Positions 46,471-55,833 are shown, counted from the first letter of the stretch. The stretch is 59,710 nt of DNA from a virus (IMGVR_UViG_3300022917_000001:1-59710); one strand, 5' to 3'. Translations and numbers: made by a program. Notes: generated by a model not told the origin, from the letters alone.

Positions 46471-46743
46471 CTACCTCGGCTGGTGCCGGGTCGGCTTGGC
46501 CCACACCAGAGCGGCCCATTCGTTCGCTGAGCATGTGCGTCCTCGCGTCTCTGCTTCGGCGGCGTCGTCCCAGGTGCCCGTATGCACGGGCCATACGTCC
46601 CACAGGACTGGGTTGTCGTGGTCGTGCTCGATGAGGACGCCTGCCTGTGCGGGCTTGTTGTCTGGGCTGAGGTAGCGCGTGGCGCGCAGGGTGTTGCGGA
46701 ACTGGTTGATGCCCTCGGGTGTGGTGTTGGTGAGGGCGGTCAT
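46471..46743 (-). CDS. Hypothetical protein (90 aa)
   Basis: Operon position. Confidence 0.65.
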   Translation of the reverse strand: MTALTNTTPEGINQFRNTLRATRYLSPDNKPAQAGVLIEHDHDNPVLWDVWPVHTGTWDDAAEAETRGRTCSANEWAALVWAKPTRHQPR

Positions 46744-46745
46744 GG

Positions 46746-47027
46746 CTACTCAACTGCCTCGTAGGTGGCGGCGAAGATGTCGGGCTTGCAGGGGTACAGC
46801 TCACCTTGGACGCCACGGATCAGCATGTCGTCGGCCTGCGCGGTCATGGTGCCTTCGAGCGTCTTGATCGCGATGTGGTCGTTGAAGAACACGACCTTGC
46901 CGTTCTCGTAGCCGTCGTTCAGCCACGTGGGCAGCTCTCCCCAGTAGTCAGTTGCCAGCTGGATGGCTTCCTGTACGGGGATGGCCTGGATCTCGACGAG
47001 CTTCTTGCGGTACGTGGCGGCGGTCAT
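46746..47027 (-). CDS. Conserved phage protein (PGDYG-like)
   Basis: IKTLEGTM..IRGVQGELYPCKPDIFAATYE. Confidence 0.85.
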   Translation of the reverse strand: MTAATYRKKLVEIQAIPVQEAIQLATDYWGELPTWLNDGYENGKVVFFNDHIAIKTLEGTMTAQADDMLIRGVQGELYPCKPDIFAATYEAVE

Positions 47028-47034
47028 GGTGCTC

Positions 47035-47844
47035 CTAGGCGAGGGTGTGGGCGAGAGCGAGTACTCCGGAGCCGAGGGCTACGGCGAGCACGGCCTTCAC
47101 GGTCAGGACGCACCCGGCGGCGGTCTGGGACTTCACCGTGACGGTGACCTTCCCGAGGATCGCGGTGTCGGGGCTGGTGCGGATGTCGTAGGTCGCCGAC
47201 GGCATCGGGGTGTCCCAGGTGATCGGCAGGTCCACGCTCGCGTTCAAGGCCAAGAGCGGGACGGCGACGCGGCCGAGGCGTTCGACGGTCTGACGGGCGG
47301 CCAGCGCCGTGACCTGAGCTGCCAGCGCGGCGTTCGCGGCTTCGAGAGCCACCAAGCGGGCTGTGAGCGCCGTAACGGCCGCAGTGGCGGTGTTGGCTGT
47401 CCCGGTGGCGGTTGCGGCTTCGCTGCGGGCGCTGGCGGCTCGTGAGGCGGCGTCAGCGGCGGTGTCGCGGGCTTGGAGCGCGGTCGCGTTCGCACTGGCG
47501 ATTCCTGCGGCCGTCGAGGTCTGGGCGGCGGCGAGCTGGTCGAGCCGGGCGGCCTGCGCCGCATGGTCAGCTTGCTCGGCGGTCCGTGTGTCGGCGACCG
47601 CCTGCCGTAGCGCTTCGTGCTCGGCTGCGGCTGCCTGCTGGAACGGGGTCAGCTGCGCGGCGACTTGGTCGAGTTGGGACAGCTTGGTGTTGACCGCGGC
47701 GTTGGCCTGTTCCATCGCGGCCTTTTGGGCGGCGAGGTTCGCGGCGACTTGCTGCTGGTCGGCAGGCAGCGTTGAGGCGAGCGTGTCGAGTGCGGCACGG
47801 GTTGCCGGGTCGGGGAGGGTCGGCACCCACGCGATGAGCTTCAT
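47035..47844 (-). CDS. Ala-rich coiled-coil protein with C-terminal beta domain
   Basis: Long heptad region then ITWDTPMPSATY. Confidence 0.75.
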   Translation of the reverse strand: MKLIAWVPTLPDPATRAALDTLASTLPADQQQVAANLAAQKAAMEQANAAVNTKLSQLDQVAAQLTPFQQAAAAEHEALRQAVADTRTAEQADHAAQAARLDQLAAAQTSTAAGIASANATALQARDTAADAASRAASARSEAATATGTANTATAAVTALTARLVALEAANAALAAQVTALAARQTVERLGRVAVPLLALNASVDLPITWDTPMPSATYDIRTSPDTAILGKVTVTVKSQTAAGCVLTVKAVLAVALGSGVLALAHTLA

Positions 47845-48137
47845 GAGGTGCGCTCCACGGACACGGTGGCTGCTGCGGCGCTGATGAGGCGCACGGTGGT
47901 GCCGCCGGCGGTGTCGGGTTCGACGTCTTCGCGGGCGGAGTTGGGTGGGATGACGTGGGTGTTCGACCCGCCGATGGTGGCTGCGCTGCCGTCGACGGTG
48001 AAGTACACCGGCTGGGTGGCGGCGAGCACGATGATGGCGACTGCTTCGCAGTCGTCGGCGAATTCGACCGTGGTGGCTTGTCCGGCGGTGAGGGTGATGT
48101 TGTGGGCTGCGACGTTTCCGGCTTCGACGTGGACCAC
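47841..48137 (-). CDS. Small beta-sandwich protein
   Basis: VYFTVDGSAAT; coupled. Confidence 0.75.
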   Translation of the reverse strand: MVHVEAGNVAAHNITLTAGQATTVEFADDCEAVAIIVLAATQPVYFTVDGSAATIGGSNTHVIPPNSAREDVEPDTAGGTTVRLISAAAATVSVERTS

Positions 48138-48150
48138 GTGCCTCTCCTTG

Positions 48151-48300
48151 TCAGCGGTCGACGGGGCAGCGCGGGTGGTGCCAGGCGAGGACTTCGGCGG
48201 GGCGCGCGCGGAGGGGCGCGGTGTCGAGGTTTTGCTGGCACCAGGGGCAGGTCATGTGGAGCCAGATGAGGCGTCGGAGCAGCGCGCGGATCCGGGTCAC
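48151..48300 (-). CDS. Small Cys/His protein (49 aa)
   Basis: CPWC..HHPRC; GTGA coupling. Confidence 0.45.
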   Translation of the reverse strand: MTRIRALLRRLIWLHMTCPWCQQNLDTAPLRARPAEVLAWHHPRCPVDR

Positions 48301-49418
48301 ACGGGCGTGCCGAGGTTGGTGAGCTCGATCTCGGATGGGTAGGCGGCGGAGCCGATGGTGATGCCGGTCCCGGCCCGGTAGAGCAGGGCGAGGGTGACGT
48401 TGCCGCTGACGATGTCTCCGGCTTCGACGACCCAGGTTTGGCCGCGCATGGTGCGGGAGTAGGCGCCGCCGAGGTACATGCCGCCGTGCCCGTTGGGGGA
48501 TTGGGTGCTGGTGCGGGAGGAGGCGTAGCGGATCGGGGTGGCGCTGCCGTTGATGGCGGCGAGGTCGAACTCGTATCCGCTGTCGCCGGGGTTGGCGATG
48601 AGCGCGGGTTCCCACCGGAGGATGTTGCCTGCGGCGGCGGGGATGGTGACGCGGTAGGCGGCGGGGCAGACGGTCCATGCGCCGCCTGAGCCGCTGCTGG
48701 TGGTGAAGCTGGTGAGGATGAGGCCGGTGTTGGCGCGGCGGGTGGCTGCGCTTGTTCCGGCGGGGCCGGTTGCTCCGGTCGCTCCGGCTGGCCCTTGGGC
48801 ACCAGTAGCGCCGGTGGCTCCGGGTGCGCCGTCGTTGCCTGCGGGGCCTTGTGGGCCTGTCGCGCCGGTGGCGCCTGCTGGTCCGGTCGTTCCTGTGGTT
48901 CCTGCCGGGCCTTGCGCGCCGGTGGGGCCTGTTGGGCCCTGCGCGCCGGTGGGGCCTGCGGGGCCTTGGGGTCCGGTTGGGCCGGTGCCGCCTGCGCCTC
49001 CGTGTTCGGCGAGGTACTCGGCCACAAACTCCTCGAGGCCGGTGATGTCGCCGGTGGTGTGGAGGTGGTGCAGGAGGGCGAAGAACTCGACCTGGGCGAT
49101 GCTGCCTGCGGTGCCGTATGTGGCCGCGAAGGTGAGTGGCCCGGCGCCAGCTTCTACGGGGAGGAGGTAGACGTCGTTGAGGACGTCGGTGGTGATGCGG
49201 ACGATGTAGGCCCAGGGGGCGATGGGGAGCGCGATGCTGAACGCCCCGGCGGTGACCGGGGCGGTGAGGTGCTTGTCGTTGCCGACCACCACGTTGTCGT
49301 CGAGGTCGCGCAACACGTGGGGGAGCCGGAATTCGAGGGTGCCTGTTCCGGCTGCGCCGTCGAGTCCGGTGATGGTGCCGGTGTAGGTGCGGGTGGTGAT
49401 GCCGTTGGGGAGGGCCAC
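48297..49418 (-). CDS. Collagen-like fibre protein
   Basis: About 28 contiguous G-X-Y triplets between beta-rich domains; GGAGG RBS before GTG 49418. Confidence 0.88.
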   Translation of the reverse strand: MALPNGITTRTYTGTITGLDGAAGTGTLEFRLPHVLRDLDDNVVVGNDKHLTAPVTAGAFSIALPIAPWAYIVRITTDVLNDVYLLPVEAGAGPLTFAATYGTAGSIAQVEFFALLHHLHTTGDITGLEEFVAEYLAEHGGAGGTGPTGPQGPAGPTGAQGPTGPTGAQGPAGTTGTTGPAGATGATGPQGPAGNDGAPGATGATGAQGPAGATGATGPAGTSAATRRANTGLILTSFTTSSGSGGAWTVCPAAYRVTIPAAAGNILRWEPALIANPGDSGYEFDLAAINGSATPIRYASSRTSTQSPNGHGGMYLGGAYSRTMRGQTWVVEAGDIVSGNVTLALLYRAGTGITIGSAAYPSEIELTNLGTPV

Positions 49419-49575
49419 GTTCGTCCTCCCTGCGGGTGGGGTTGCCACGGCTCCCCGGTTGCAGCCGCCGCCGGTCTGGGTTCCGGGGTGCCGTGGCGTT
49501 CTCGACCCCGCCGCACCAGCAGGGGAGTTGGGGCCCGACGTGGCGCGCCAGGGCTCGGGAGTCCTGCACGTCGGG

Positions 49576-49652
49576 TGGTGGCGACGGCCGGATTTGAACC
49601 GGCGACCTACGGGTTATGAGCCCGCCGAGCTACCGGACTGCTCTACGTCGCT
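49576..49652 (-). tRNA. tRNA-fMet (CAT), initiator type
   Basis: 77-nt cloverleaf, CAT anticodon, GGG/CCC anticodon stem, unpaired A1:C72, TTCAAATCC, encoded CCA. Confidence 0.93.
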
Positions 49653-49704
49653 GTGACATGCGGAAGCCCCGGCCGCCTCGCAAGCAGTCGGGGCTTCGTG
49701 TGGA

Positions 49705-49841
49705 CTGAATCTCGGTCAGGGTGAGGGGAACCACTGCCAACGGTTCCCGCCGGGGTCTAGACCGGTGTTGCAGCTGTTGGCTGGCCGCGAGCCGGTGTGC
49801 CTCCCGCCACCCGTTCGGGACCCACCCTGATCGAGATTCAG
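49705..49841 (-). ncRNA. Candidate structured RNA
   Basis: 19-bp closing stem (1 mismatch) enclosing further hairpins; intergenic. Confidence 0.5.
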
Positions 49842-49908
49842 GCCGGTTATGCCGTGTGCGGGCATACCTCTGGATGGGTGGGATCATGAACTGTCACGCC
49901 GGGATTCG

Positions 49909-50292
49909 TCAAGCGGAGCGGTGTCGTTGGGCGCGTCGCCTGCGTTGGGCGGCGATGTGATCGAGGACGTCGCCGAGCCGGTAGACGGTGCGGTTGTCGT
50001 CGGTGGTGTGCCGGGGGATGTGTCCGCGGGCAGCCCATTGGCGGATTTGTTCGGCGCGGAGGGCTCCGGCGAAGTGCTCGACGAGTTGGGGCGCGGTGAG
50101 CACGGCGTTGAGGTCGACCGGTCCGCTGGCAGGGATGATCCAGGGTTGGCCGACGTCGATGGCGCGCTGGTCGAGGGCTGCGCACGCGGTGGGGTCGACG
50201 GCGAGCAGCGCGCTCCGGTAGTCGCGGGCGGTGGTGCGGGCCTGGTCGAGCGGGCTGTCGCCAGCGACGGGCCAGCGGCGGGGCTTCTTCAT
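49909..50292 (-). CDS. HTH DNA-binding protein, candidate late regulator
   Basis: EQIRQWAARGHI..VYRLGDV; last gene before late region. Confidence 0.75.
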   Translation of the reverse strand: MKKPRRWPVAGDSPLDQARTTARDYRSALLAVDPTACAALDQRAIDVGQPWIIPASGPVDLNAVLTAPQLVEHFAGALRAEQIRQWAARGHIPRHTTDDNRTVYRLGDVLDHIAAQRRRRAQRHRSA

Positions 50293-50549
50293 GGGCGGCC
50301 CGCCTTCGCGTAGTGCTCGTTGATCAGTGGGGCGATGACGTGGATGGACTCCCAGATCCAGATGCCGAGGATGCTGGCGCGGCAGTCGTAGCACTCGCGG
50401 GCCAGCCATTTGTTCGGCTTCCAGGAGCCCTCGCGGTAGCGGCGCACCCAGTACTGGCAGCGTTCGGACGGCTGTGGGGGTGGCTCGGTCCAGTAGGTCT
50501 CTAGGTTGCCGACGGGCGGCGGCTTGTGGCCCCACGGCGGGGTGGTCAA
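50289..50549 (-). CDS. Hypothetical protein (86 aa)
   Basis: TTG start with GAGG RBS, coupled. Confidence 0.55.
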   Translation of the reverse strand: MTTPPWGHKPPPVGNLETYWTEPPPQPSERCQYWVRRYREGSWKPNKWLARECYDCRASILGIWIWESIHVIAPLINEHYAKAGRP

Positions 50550-50713
50550 ATCCGTTCCTCCCCCTTGGCCAGGGGCTCTAGGGCCCTGAGCGATTCCCAG
50601 GAGACGTCGTCGTCTGCCCACCAGACTTGGGCTTGGTTGCCCTCGATCCGCTGGATCTCGCCCTCCAGTCCGATGGCGGGGCACCACACGAGGTCCTTGA
50701 CGTTGAGGGTCAT
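50546..50713 (-). CDS. Small SH3-like protein
   Basis: LNVKDLV..GEIQRIEGNQAQVWW. Confidence 0.55.
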   Translation of the reverse strand: MTLNVKDLVWCPAIGLEGEIQRIEGNQAQVWWADDDVSWESLRALEPLAKGEERI

Positions 50714-50820
50714 GGCCATCCCAGTGCAGCCCGGATGATGGTGAGGACGACGGCGACGGCGAGGAGCACAACGAACGCCCATAGGCCGAGTCCCAATGCA
50801 AACTCCCGCAGCGCGCTCAC
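50710..50820 (-). CDS. Single-TM peptide (36 aa)
   Basis: MSALREFALGLGLWAFVVLLAVAVVLTIIRAALGWP; coupled both sides. Confidence 0.5.
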   Translation of the reverse strand: MSALREFALGLGLWAFVVLLAVAVVLTIIRAALGWP

Positions 50821-51122
50821 CAGCTTCGCTCCCACGGCCGCCGGTCGCCGACCTCTGCTGCCGCGTCACGTGCCCCGTCGACCAGCCGGGCGAGGATTCC
50901 CTTGAGTCGGTCTCGCTCGGTTTCGGCTGCTGCGGCCCGTTTGATGGTTTCCGTCAGCTGTTCGGTCAGGGTGGCGTCCGCACCGCGACGTCGGGCGGCC
51001 GTGATCTCGTCGGCTGTTTCTGGGGCGAGCCCGCAGGTCCGGCAGGGCCGTCCGTGCTGGTAGTCGGCGGTGACGTTCGAGCCGACCGTGTGGCAGCCGG
51101 GGCACTCCATCTTGTTGCTCAT
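50817..51122 (-). CDS. Zn-ribbon + coiled-coil protein
   Basis: CPGC..CRTC. Confidence 0.7.
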   Translation of the reverse strand: MSNKMECPGCHTVGSNVTADYQHGRPCRTCGLAPETADEITAARRRGADATLTEQLTETIKRAAAAETERDRLKGILARLVDGARDAAAEVGDRRPWERSW

Positions 51123-51889
51123 GCGTTGACCTCGGCTCCGTAGGCGCGGGCGAGGACACCGGCCAGCGCCTCGTATTCCTCGAGGCTCATCCGGTGCCCG
51201 CACCGGACGCAGTCGACTTTGGGTCCGCCTTCGGGGTGTTCGAGGGAGAGCCGTTCGCACCTCGGGCACGGGGTCCAGAGTCGTCGGGTGTGCTGGGTGC
51301 GCCCGGCCAACTCGGTGACCTGGTCGTGCAACCCGATCAACGCGATCGCGCCCGCCACCCCGTCCTCTTCGGAGTGGACGATCGGGTTGCGGCCGGAGAG
51401 GGTTTCCTCGCGGCCGTCGACCCGCGCCACCGCCATGCTCGGCAGGGAGAGCAGGACGGGCCACCGGCCGGTGATCCACCCGGACGCCGACCGAACCCTG
51501 TCCCCTGGGCGGGCGGTCTCGAAGTAGCCGAACCCGCTGGCTTCGGCGACCGGGGCGGCCCACAGGTCGAGTTCGAACACGATCGCGGCCTGGAGGGCTT
51601 CGACGTTGAGGCGGATGGGGACGGGGAGTTCGCGGGTGCCGCCGATGGGTGCGTCGTTGCTGCGCGATGTCTTCCCGAGCAGTTCCGACAGCTCCGTGTA
51701 GTCCGCAGGCAACTGCTCGACGGCGCGTTTCGCGAGGGTGGTGTCCATGCGGCACAACCCACCCGGCGTGGTGGCCCATGCGGCGACGTGGACGGTGCCC
51801 GTGGTGTGGGCGTCGAGTTGGATGGTTTCGCGACGGGCGTCGGCACAGCGGGGGCCCCGGCGGCAGCGCAGCGCGGTCTCGTCGGTCAT
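51119..51889 (-). CDS. Zn-binding protein, possible transcription factor
   Basis: N-terminal Cys cluster, C-terminal CPRC..CVRC. Confidence 0.75.
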   Translation of the reverse strand: MTDETALRCRRGPRCADARRETIQLDAHTTGTVHVAAWATTPGGLCRMDTTLAKRAVEQLPADYTELSELLGKTSRSNDAPIGGTRELPVPIRLNVEALQAAIVFELDLWAAPVAEASGFGYFETARPGDRVRSASGWITGRWPVLLSLPSMAVARVDGREETLSGRNPIVHSEEDGVAGAIALIGLHDQVTELAGRTQHTRRLWTPCPRCERLSLEHPEGGPKVDCVRCGHRMSLEEYEALAGVLARAYGAEVNA

Positions 51890-52311
51890 GGCTGCCTCCC
51901 TGGCACGGTCATCTCGATCGGTGGACGGCTGCTGAACGTCACCCCGTAGTGCTCGGCGACGAGTTGGTAGGTGCTGCACGGCCAGCCGGGCTGGTCGGGT
52001 TCGTAGCCGCTGACGTCGCACCCGTCGCAGTCGCCGTCGACGTACTGGTGGTGTTCGAGGACCTGACGGGACGGTTCGTCGACGAGGGCTAGCAACGCGG
52101 TGTGCTGCTGCCCTACAGCGGCTTGGTACCGGTCGTGCTCGGCCTGCCGGTCGGCCATGAACTGGTTGATGCGCTCTTGGCGGATCCGTTCGTCGGCCTG
52201 TCGGCGGAGCTTGGCCTGCCGGTTGGCTTGCAGTTCGAAGGCAAGGTCGAGCGGTACACCGAGCAGAGTGCTGGGCGTGGGCCGGTACGGCTGAGTCCAC
52301 GGGGTGTTCAT
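51886..52311 (-). CDS. Hypothetical protein (141 aa)
   Basis: H..CDGC..WPCSTY. Confidence 0.7.
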   Translation of the reverse strand: MNTPWTQPYRPTPSTLLGVPLDLAFELQANRQAKLRRQADERIRQERINQFMADRQAEHDRYQAAVGQQHTALLALVDEPSRQVLEHHQYVDGDCDGCDVSGYEPDQPGWPCSTYQLVAEHYGVTFSSRPPIEMTVPGRQP

Positions 52312-52313
52312 GG

Positions 52314-52526
52314 CTACACGTTCTCGGCGCGGTCGAAGCCGAGCTTGGTGATGCAACTCCCGATCGGGTTGCCGAGGTCGGCCAGCTTGAACGGGATGGC
52401 CGCGCCTCGAACGATCGCGTCGTCGGGGAGGCCGAGCGCGGTGGCGGCGTCGACGAGTTCGCGGAGTTCGGCGAGGGTGAGCGTGCGGTGGTCGCTGGCG
52501 GCGTGGACCGAGGGAAGGGCGATCAT
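52314..52526 (-). CDS. Hypothetical protein (70 aa)
   Basis: Coupled. Confidence 0.65.
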   Translation of the reverse strand: MIALPSVHAASDHRTLTLAELRELVDAATALGLPDDAIVRGAAIPFKLADLGNPIGSCITKLGFDRAENV

Positions 52527-53332
52527 CGGGTGCTCCGGGGGTTGATGGCGCGGGGTGCGCGCCGCTGCTGTTGGGGGCCGGTGTTCCGCCGCTTCCGCAA
52601 TGCCAACGCCCGGGCCTGCGGATCAGCGGGAAGCGGCTTCTCCACCACACCCGCCTCAACGAACGCGGTGATGTTCGCGGCTGCCGCCTGCCATGCCGAC
52701 CGGATCGCAGCGGCCGTGCCGTTCAGCGCGGGGGTGAGGTCCTGGACCGTCGCGTTGACACGGCTGATGAGGATGTCGTAGCTGGCTCGCACGAACTCTT
52801 GGGCGGCCAGCAGATCAGCAGGACTCGGCGTGCCGAGCGCAGCAGTCCAGTCCTCGGTGGGCACCCACCGGTCGCCGTTGAACGTGACCCTTTCCGGCTC
52901 GCCAGCGCCACGGACCTCCATGTGCTGACCACGACGGGGCCTGCGCAGGTCGGGCATGATGTCGACGTAGACCACGCCGTCGACGTTGTAGGCGACGCTC
53001 GCTGTGGCGATGTCGTCTGTGAGGTCCATGCCCATCGTCACGGGGGCGTCGGCGGTGCCGAGCCGTGACCAGTCGCCGCCTCCGGGCGACGTGTCAACGG
53101 GCGCGACGAACACCTCGGCGCGCGACGACAGTGGCCACAGGTCTCCGGATGGGTGGAAGCGCGGAGGGAAGTGCTCGAACGGCGACACCGGCTCGACGGC
53201 CGCGCCGACCCTCCGTGCGGCCCACGCCTTCTGGCACTTCTCACGGCAGAACAGGTCCGACACGCTGTCGCCCATCGGGCCCTCACAGAAGTGACACCCC
53301 GTCGCACGATCGATCGCCTCGAAGATGTCCAC
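52523..53332 (-). CDS. Zn-finger hypothetical protein (269 aa)
   Basis: CHFC..FCREKCQ; RNTGP. Confidence 0.7.
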   Translation of the reverse strand: MDIFEAIDRATGCHFCEGPMGDSVSDLFCREKCQKAWAARRVGAAVEPVSPFEHFPPRFHPSGDLWPLSSRAEVFVAPVDTSPGGGDWSRLGTADAPVTMGMDLTDDIATASVAYNVDGVVYVDIMPDLRRPRRGQHMEVRGAGEPERVTFNGDRWVPTEDWTAALGTPSPADLLAAQEFVRASYDILISRVNATVQDLTPALNGTAAAIRSAWQAAAANITAFVEAGVVEKPLPADPQARALALRKRRNTGPQQQRRAPRAINPRSTR

Positions 53333-53334
53333 GG

Positions 53335-53520
53335 TCAGTGCACCGCCCTGTGGAAGGCCAGGCAGTGCGACCCGACGGACACGGTCACCCCGGCGAGGTG
53401 CTCGAACCGGTCGAACACCGGTCCGATCGCGAACCACGGTGGCGTCCCGTACACGCGGGACATCTCGAACGGCGTGATCCACTGACGGATTCTGCTGTCA
53501 CTGCGTAGCAAGCTGATCAT
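53335..53520 (-). CDS. Hypothetical protein (61 aa)
   Basis: GGGGAG RBS. Confidence 0.45.
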   Translation of the reverse strand: MISLLRSDSRIRQWITPFEMSRVYGTPPWFAIGPVFDRFEHLAGVTVSVGSHCLAFHRAVH

Positions 53521-53599
53521 GGCGGCGGCTCCCCCTGGGCGCTGGAGGGTGTACGACACCGGGAGACCCGGTGCACGCGAGTATGCCACCTGAAATGCG

Positions 53600-53646
53600 A
53601 AAACCCGAGACACCCGCCAGTCGCAGGCACCGGCAGGCCTCGGGTC
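53600..53646 (-). terminator. Probable terminator of the GntR operon
   Basis: Imperfect stem acccgag..ctcgggt followed by TTTT on minus strand. Confidence 0.55.
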
Positions 53647-53666
53647 AGCGAATTGTCACTGGACTG

Positions 53667-53915
53667 CTACTCGTCACCCCAGGCGCCGAGCCGCCGCATC
53701 GGCGTCACCGTCACCGGCGCGACCCCCAGAAACCGCCGATGCGCGCCAGCGTTAGCCGCCGCGTAGTTGTCGCGGCACGCCACCGCACCCGGAACACGGC
53801 CAGCGGCGTGCTCGGCTTCCTCGCGAGTCTCGAACTCCCCGCCGAGCCACCGTCCGGACGCGTCACGGACGATCCACGGCAACACCTCAGTGGGGCTCGG
53901 GTACCTCGTCGTCAC
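53667..53915 (-). CDS. Hypothetical protein coupled to GntR gene
   Basis: GTGA overlap, GGAGGAG RBS. Confidence 0.65.
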   Translation of the reverse strand: MTTRYPSPTEVLPWIVRDASGRWLGGEFETREEAEHAAGRVPGAVACRDNYAAANAGAHRRFLGVAPVTVTPMRRLGAWGDE

Positions 53916-54748
53916 GGCTCCTCCTCCTGGTCGTCCTCGCCAGTGTCCGTCACCTGCGGCGACTCCACCGCCGGATCAGGCGGCCACCCCGCCGACGCGT
54001 CCCGCCCGAGCACGATCACCGTCTCGAACCGCGCGCCGTCCATGCGGGTGTCGTTCACCTCGACCGGCCGCCCGTCCTCAAGCGACGCCGTCCGCGCGAT
54101 CCGGACCAGCGCCGCCCCCGCTGGAACGTTCAAGCGTTTCGCCTCTGCGGCCGTTGCGCTGACCGCGCCCTGCGCCTCCACCGGATCCGCGAGAGGCCGG
54201 CCGAAGTGCTCCTCGATCCGGTCGTAGATCCCGCCCGGCCCGGTGATCGGCTCGCCGATGATCGGCAGTTCGCTGTGGAGCCAGCCGGGCAGGTAGCTGG
54301 TTGCGATCTGCAGCGGCGTCGGCCGCGTCCGCTTCGTCCCAGGCTTGCCCAACACCCGGTCCCGCACGACCACCGGCGACCCCGGCGGCACCTGCAGGCG
54401 GAGAGCGATGTCCGGGGACGCGGGCAACACCTCGACCGTCGGTTTCCCGACCAGCCGCAGGCCTTGGCCTTCGGGGTCGAAGTAGTAGCCGAACCGGTCG
54501 CGGAACATCGCCCGGTGTCGTGCGATCCGGATCAGGGCGGGGCCGAGTACGACCGTGCCGCGGCCGTGTGACCCGCGGACCAAGCCCTCGGCGGCCAGTG
54601 TGCGGTAGGCGGTCCGGACGGCGGACTCGCCGACACGCCAGAGTTCTTGGGCGGCTTTGACGGTGGGCAGGCGGTCCCCTGGAGCGAGCTCACCTGTGGT
54701 GATCCGCTCCCGCAGGTGTGCGGTGAGGTCGTCGGCCGGTTGCGTCAT
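53912..54748 (-). CDS. GntR/HutC-family repressor with UTRA domain (KorA/TraR/KorSA-like)
   Basis: GELAPGDRLPT..AYRTLAAEGLV..GRGTVV; ATSYLP, GPGGIYDRIEE, GRPVEVND; divergent from traB operon. Confidence 0.92.
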   Translation of the reverse strand: MTQPADDLTAHLRERITTGELAPGDRLPTVKAAQELWRVGESAVRTAYRTLAAEGLVRGSHGRGTVVLGPALIRIARHRAMFRDRFGYYFDPEGQGLRLVGKPTVEVLPASPDIALRLQVPPGSPVVVRDRVLGKPGTKRTRPTPLQIATSYLPGWLHSELPIIGEPITGPGGIYDRIEEHFGRPLADPVEAQGAVSATAAEAKRLNVPAGAALVRIARTASLEDGRPVEVNDTRMDGARFETVIVLGRDASAGWPPDPAVESPQVTDTGEDDQEEEP

Positions 54749-54855
54749 CGCCATCCTTCTGGTCAACTCGTGGCACCATACTTGCAGGCGCACCGCTAAG
54801 TCTGCAATCCTAGCCCGGGCACACACCGCCACCGCTTAACCACGCAGGGGGACCC

Positions 54856-55005
54856 GTGACCAGCGCAACCGCAACGTGCACCCACCCCTCGACAACCACC
54901 AGCCACGTCAACACCCCACACGGCCCCGCCATCTACACCCAGTGCACGAACAACGCCTGCAACCACCTCGTCAGCGCCGAATACGCCACGAACCAGCGAC
55001 GCTGA
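54856..55005 (+). CDS. Small Cys/His protein (49 aa), first gene of transfer operon
   Basis: AGGGGG RBS; CTH..CTNNACNH; absent from ORF track. Confidence 0.5.
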   Translation: MTSATATCTHPSTTTSHVNTPHGPAIYTQCTNNACNHLVSAEYATNQRR

Positions 55006-55030
55006 CCCAGCGGAACCGGAGAACACCACA

Positions 55031-55186
55031 ATGGGCACCGCCCGCCAGAAGACCGCCAAGCAGATGAAGGCCGCGCTCGACCGCGGTGACCTCGACACCG
55101 CCCAGAAAGCCCTCCACCAGGCTGGCAAGCAGGACCCCACCCTCGCCGCCGACATCGCCAACCACTTCAAGGAGCAGCGCCGATGA
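55031..55186 (+). CDS. Small helical protein (51 aa)
   Basis: GGAG RBS, ATGA coupling; absent from ORF track. Confidence 0.65.
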   Translation: MGTARQKTAKQMKAALDRGDLDTAQKALHQAGKQDPTLAADIANHFKEQRR

Positions 55187-55428
55187 CCACCGACGACCTC
55201 ATGGACCCCTACGGTGCCGCCAAGCGCGCAGACACCTACCTGCTGGAAATCGCGGCCCAGCCGCCGGTCACCCGCAAGGAGCACACCCAGGCCTCGATGG
55301 CCATCCTCGCCCTCGCCTCGGTCCTGCTGACCGGGTTCGAGGAGTGGCAGAAGCAGAGGTCCCGTGACCTGACCCAGGTCGCCGGTGTGCACGCGGCTCT
55401 CGCCCTCGTGGCGCCGGACGTCCACTAG
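55183..55428 (+). CDS. Hypothetical protein (81 aa)
   Basis: AAGGAG RBS. Confidence 0.7.
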   Translation: MTTDDLMDPYGAAKRADTYLLEIAAQPPVTRKEHTQASMAILALASVLLTGFEEWQKQRSRDLTQVAGVHAALALVAPDVH

Positions 55429-55521
55429 CCCCCGGTCGGGGCGGGTGACCTCCCGCCAAGAAGAACCCCCGCCCCGACCGGGCCCTCAACCCAGCCAACA
55501 CCTGACCAGAGAGGTCCGCCC

Positions 55522-55833
55522 ATGCTCCCGGGTACCGGCCGCGCACTCAAACGCGCAGCCACCCTCGCCGTCCTCCTCGGCACCTCGCTCGCCCCTGCTG
55601 CCGTCGACTCCCACCCGGCGCTGGTCATCTGGCACGACGGGCCCTCCGTATCCGGACGCGGACCCGACCAGCAGCACTACGTCCTCTGCGTGCCCGCGGC
55701 GGACCCGGTCGACGGTCCGCTGACCGAGGTCCGCGTTGCCGCGGCCGACGCCCACCCGGTACCTGACCCGGCTACCGGGCTGCACCGGTACAGCGAAGGC
55801 CGCCCGTGCCCCGACCCGTCGAACGAGGACTAG
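55522..55833 (+). CDS. Secreted/membrane-anchored small protein
   Basis: Signal-peptide-like N-terminus, GAGG RBS. Confidence 0.7.
   Translation: MLPGTGRALKRAATLAVLLGTSLAPAAVDSHPALVIWHDGPSVSGRGPDQQHYVLCVPAADPVDGPLTEVRVAAADAHPVPDPATGLHRYSEGRPCPDPSNED

Noticed and set aside
49576-49652. tRNA as attP core
   Set aside because: Full-length, divergent and about 28 kb from the integrase.
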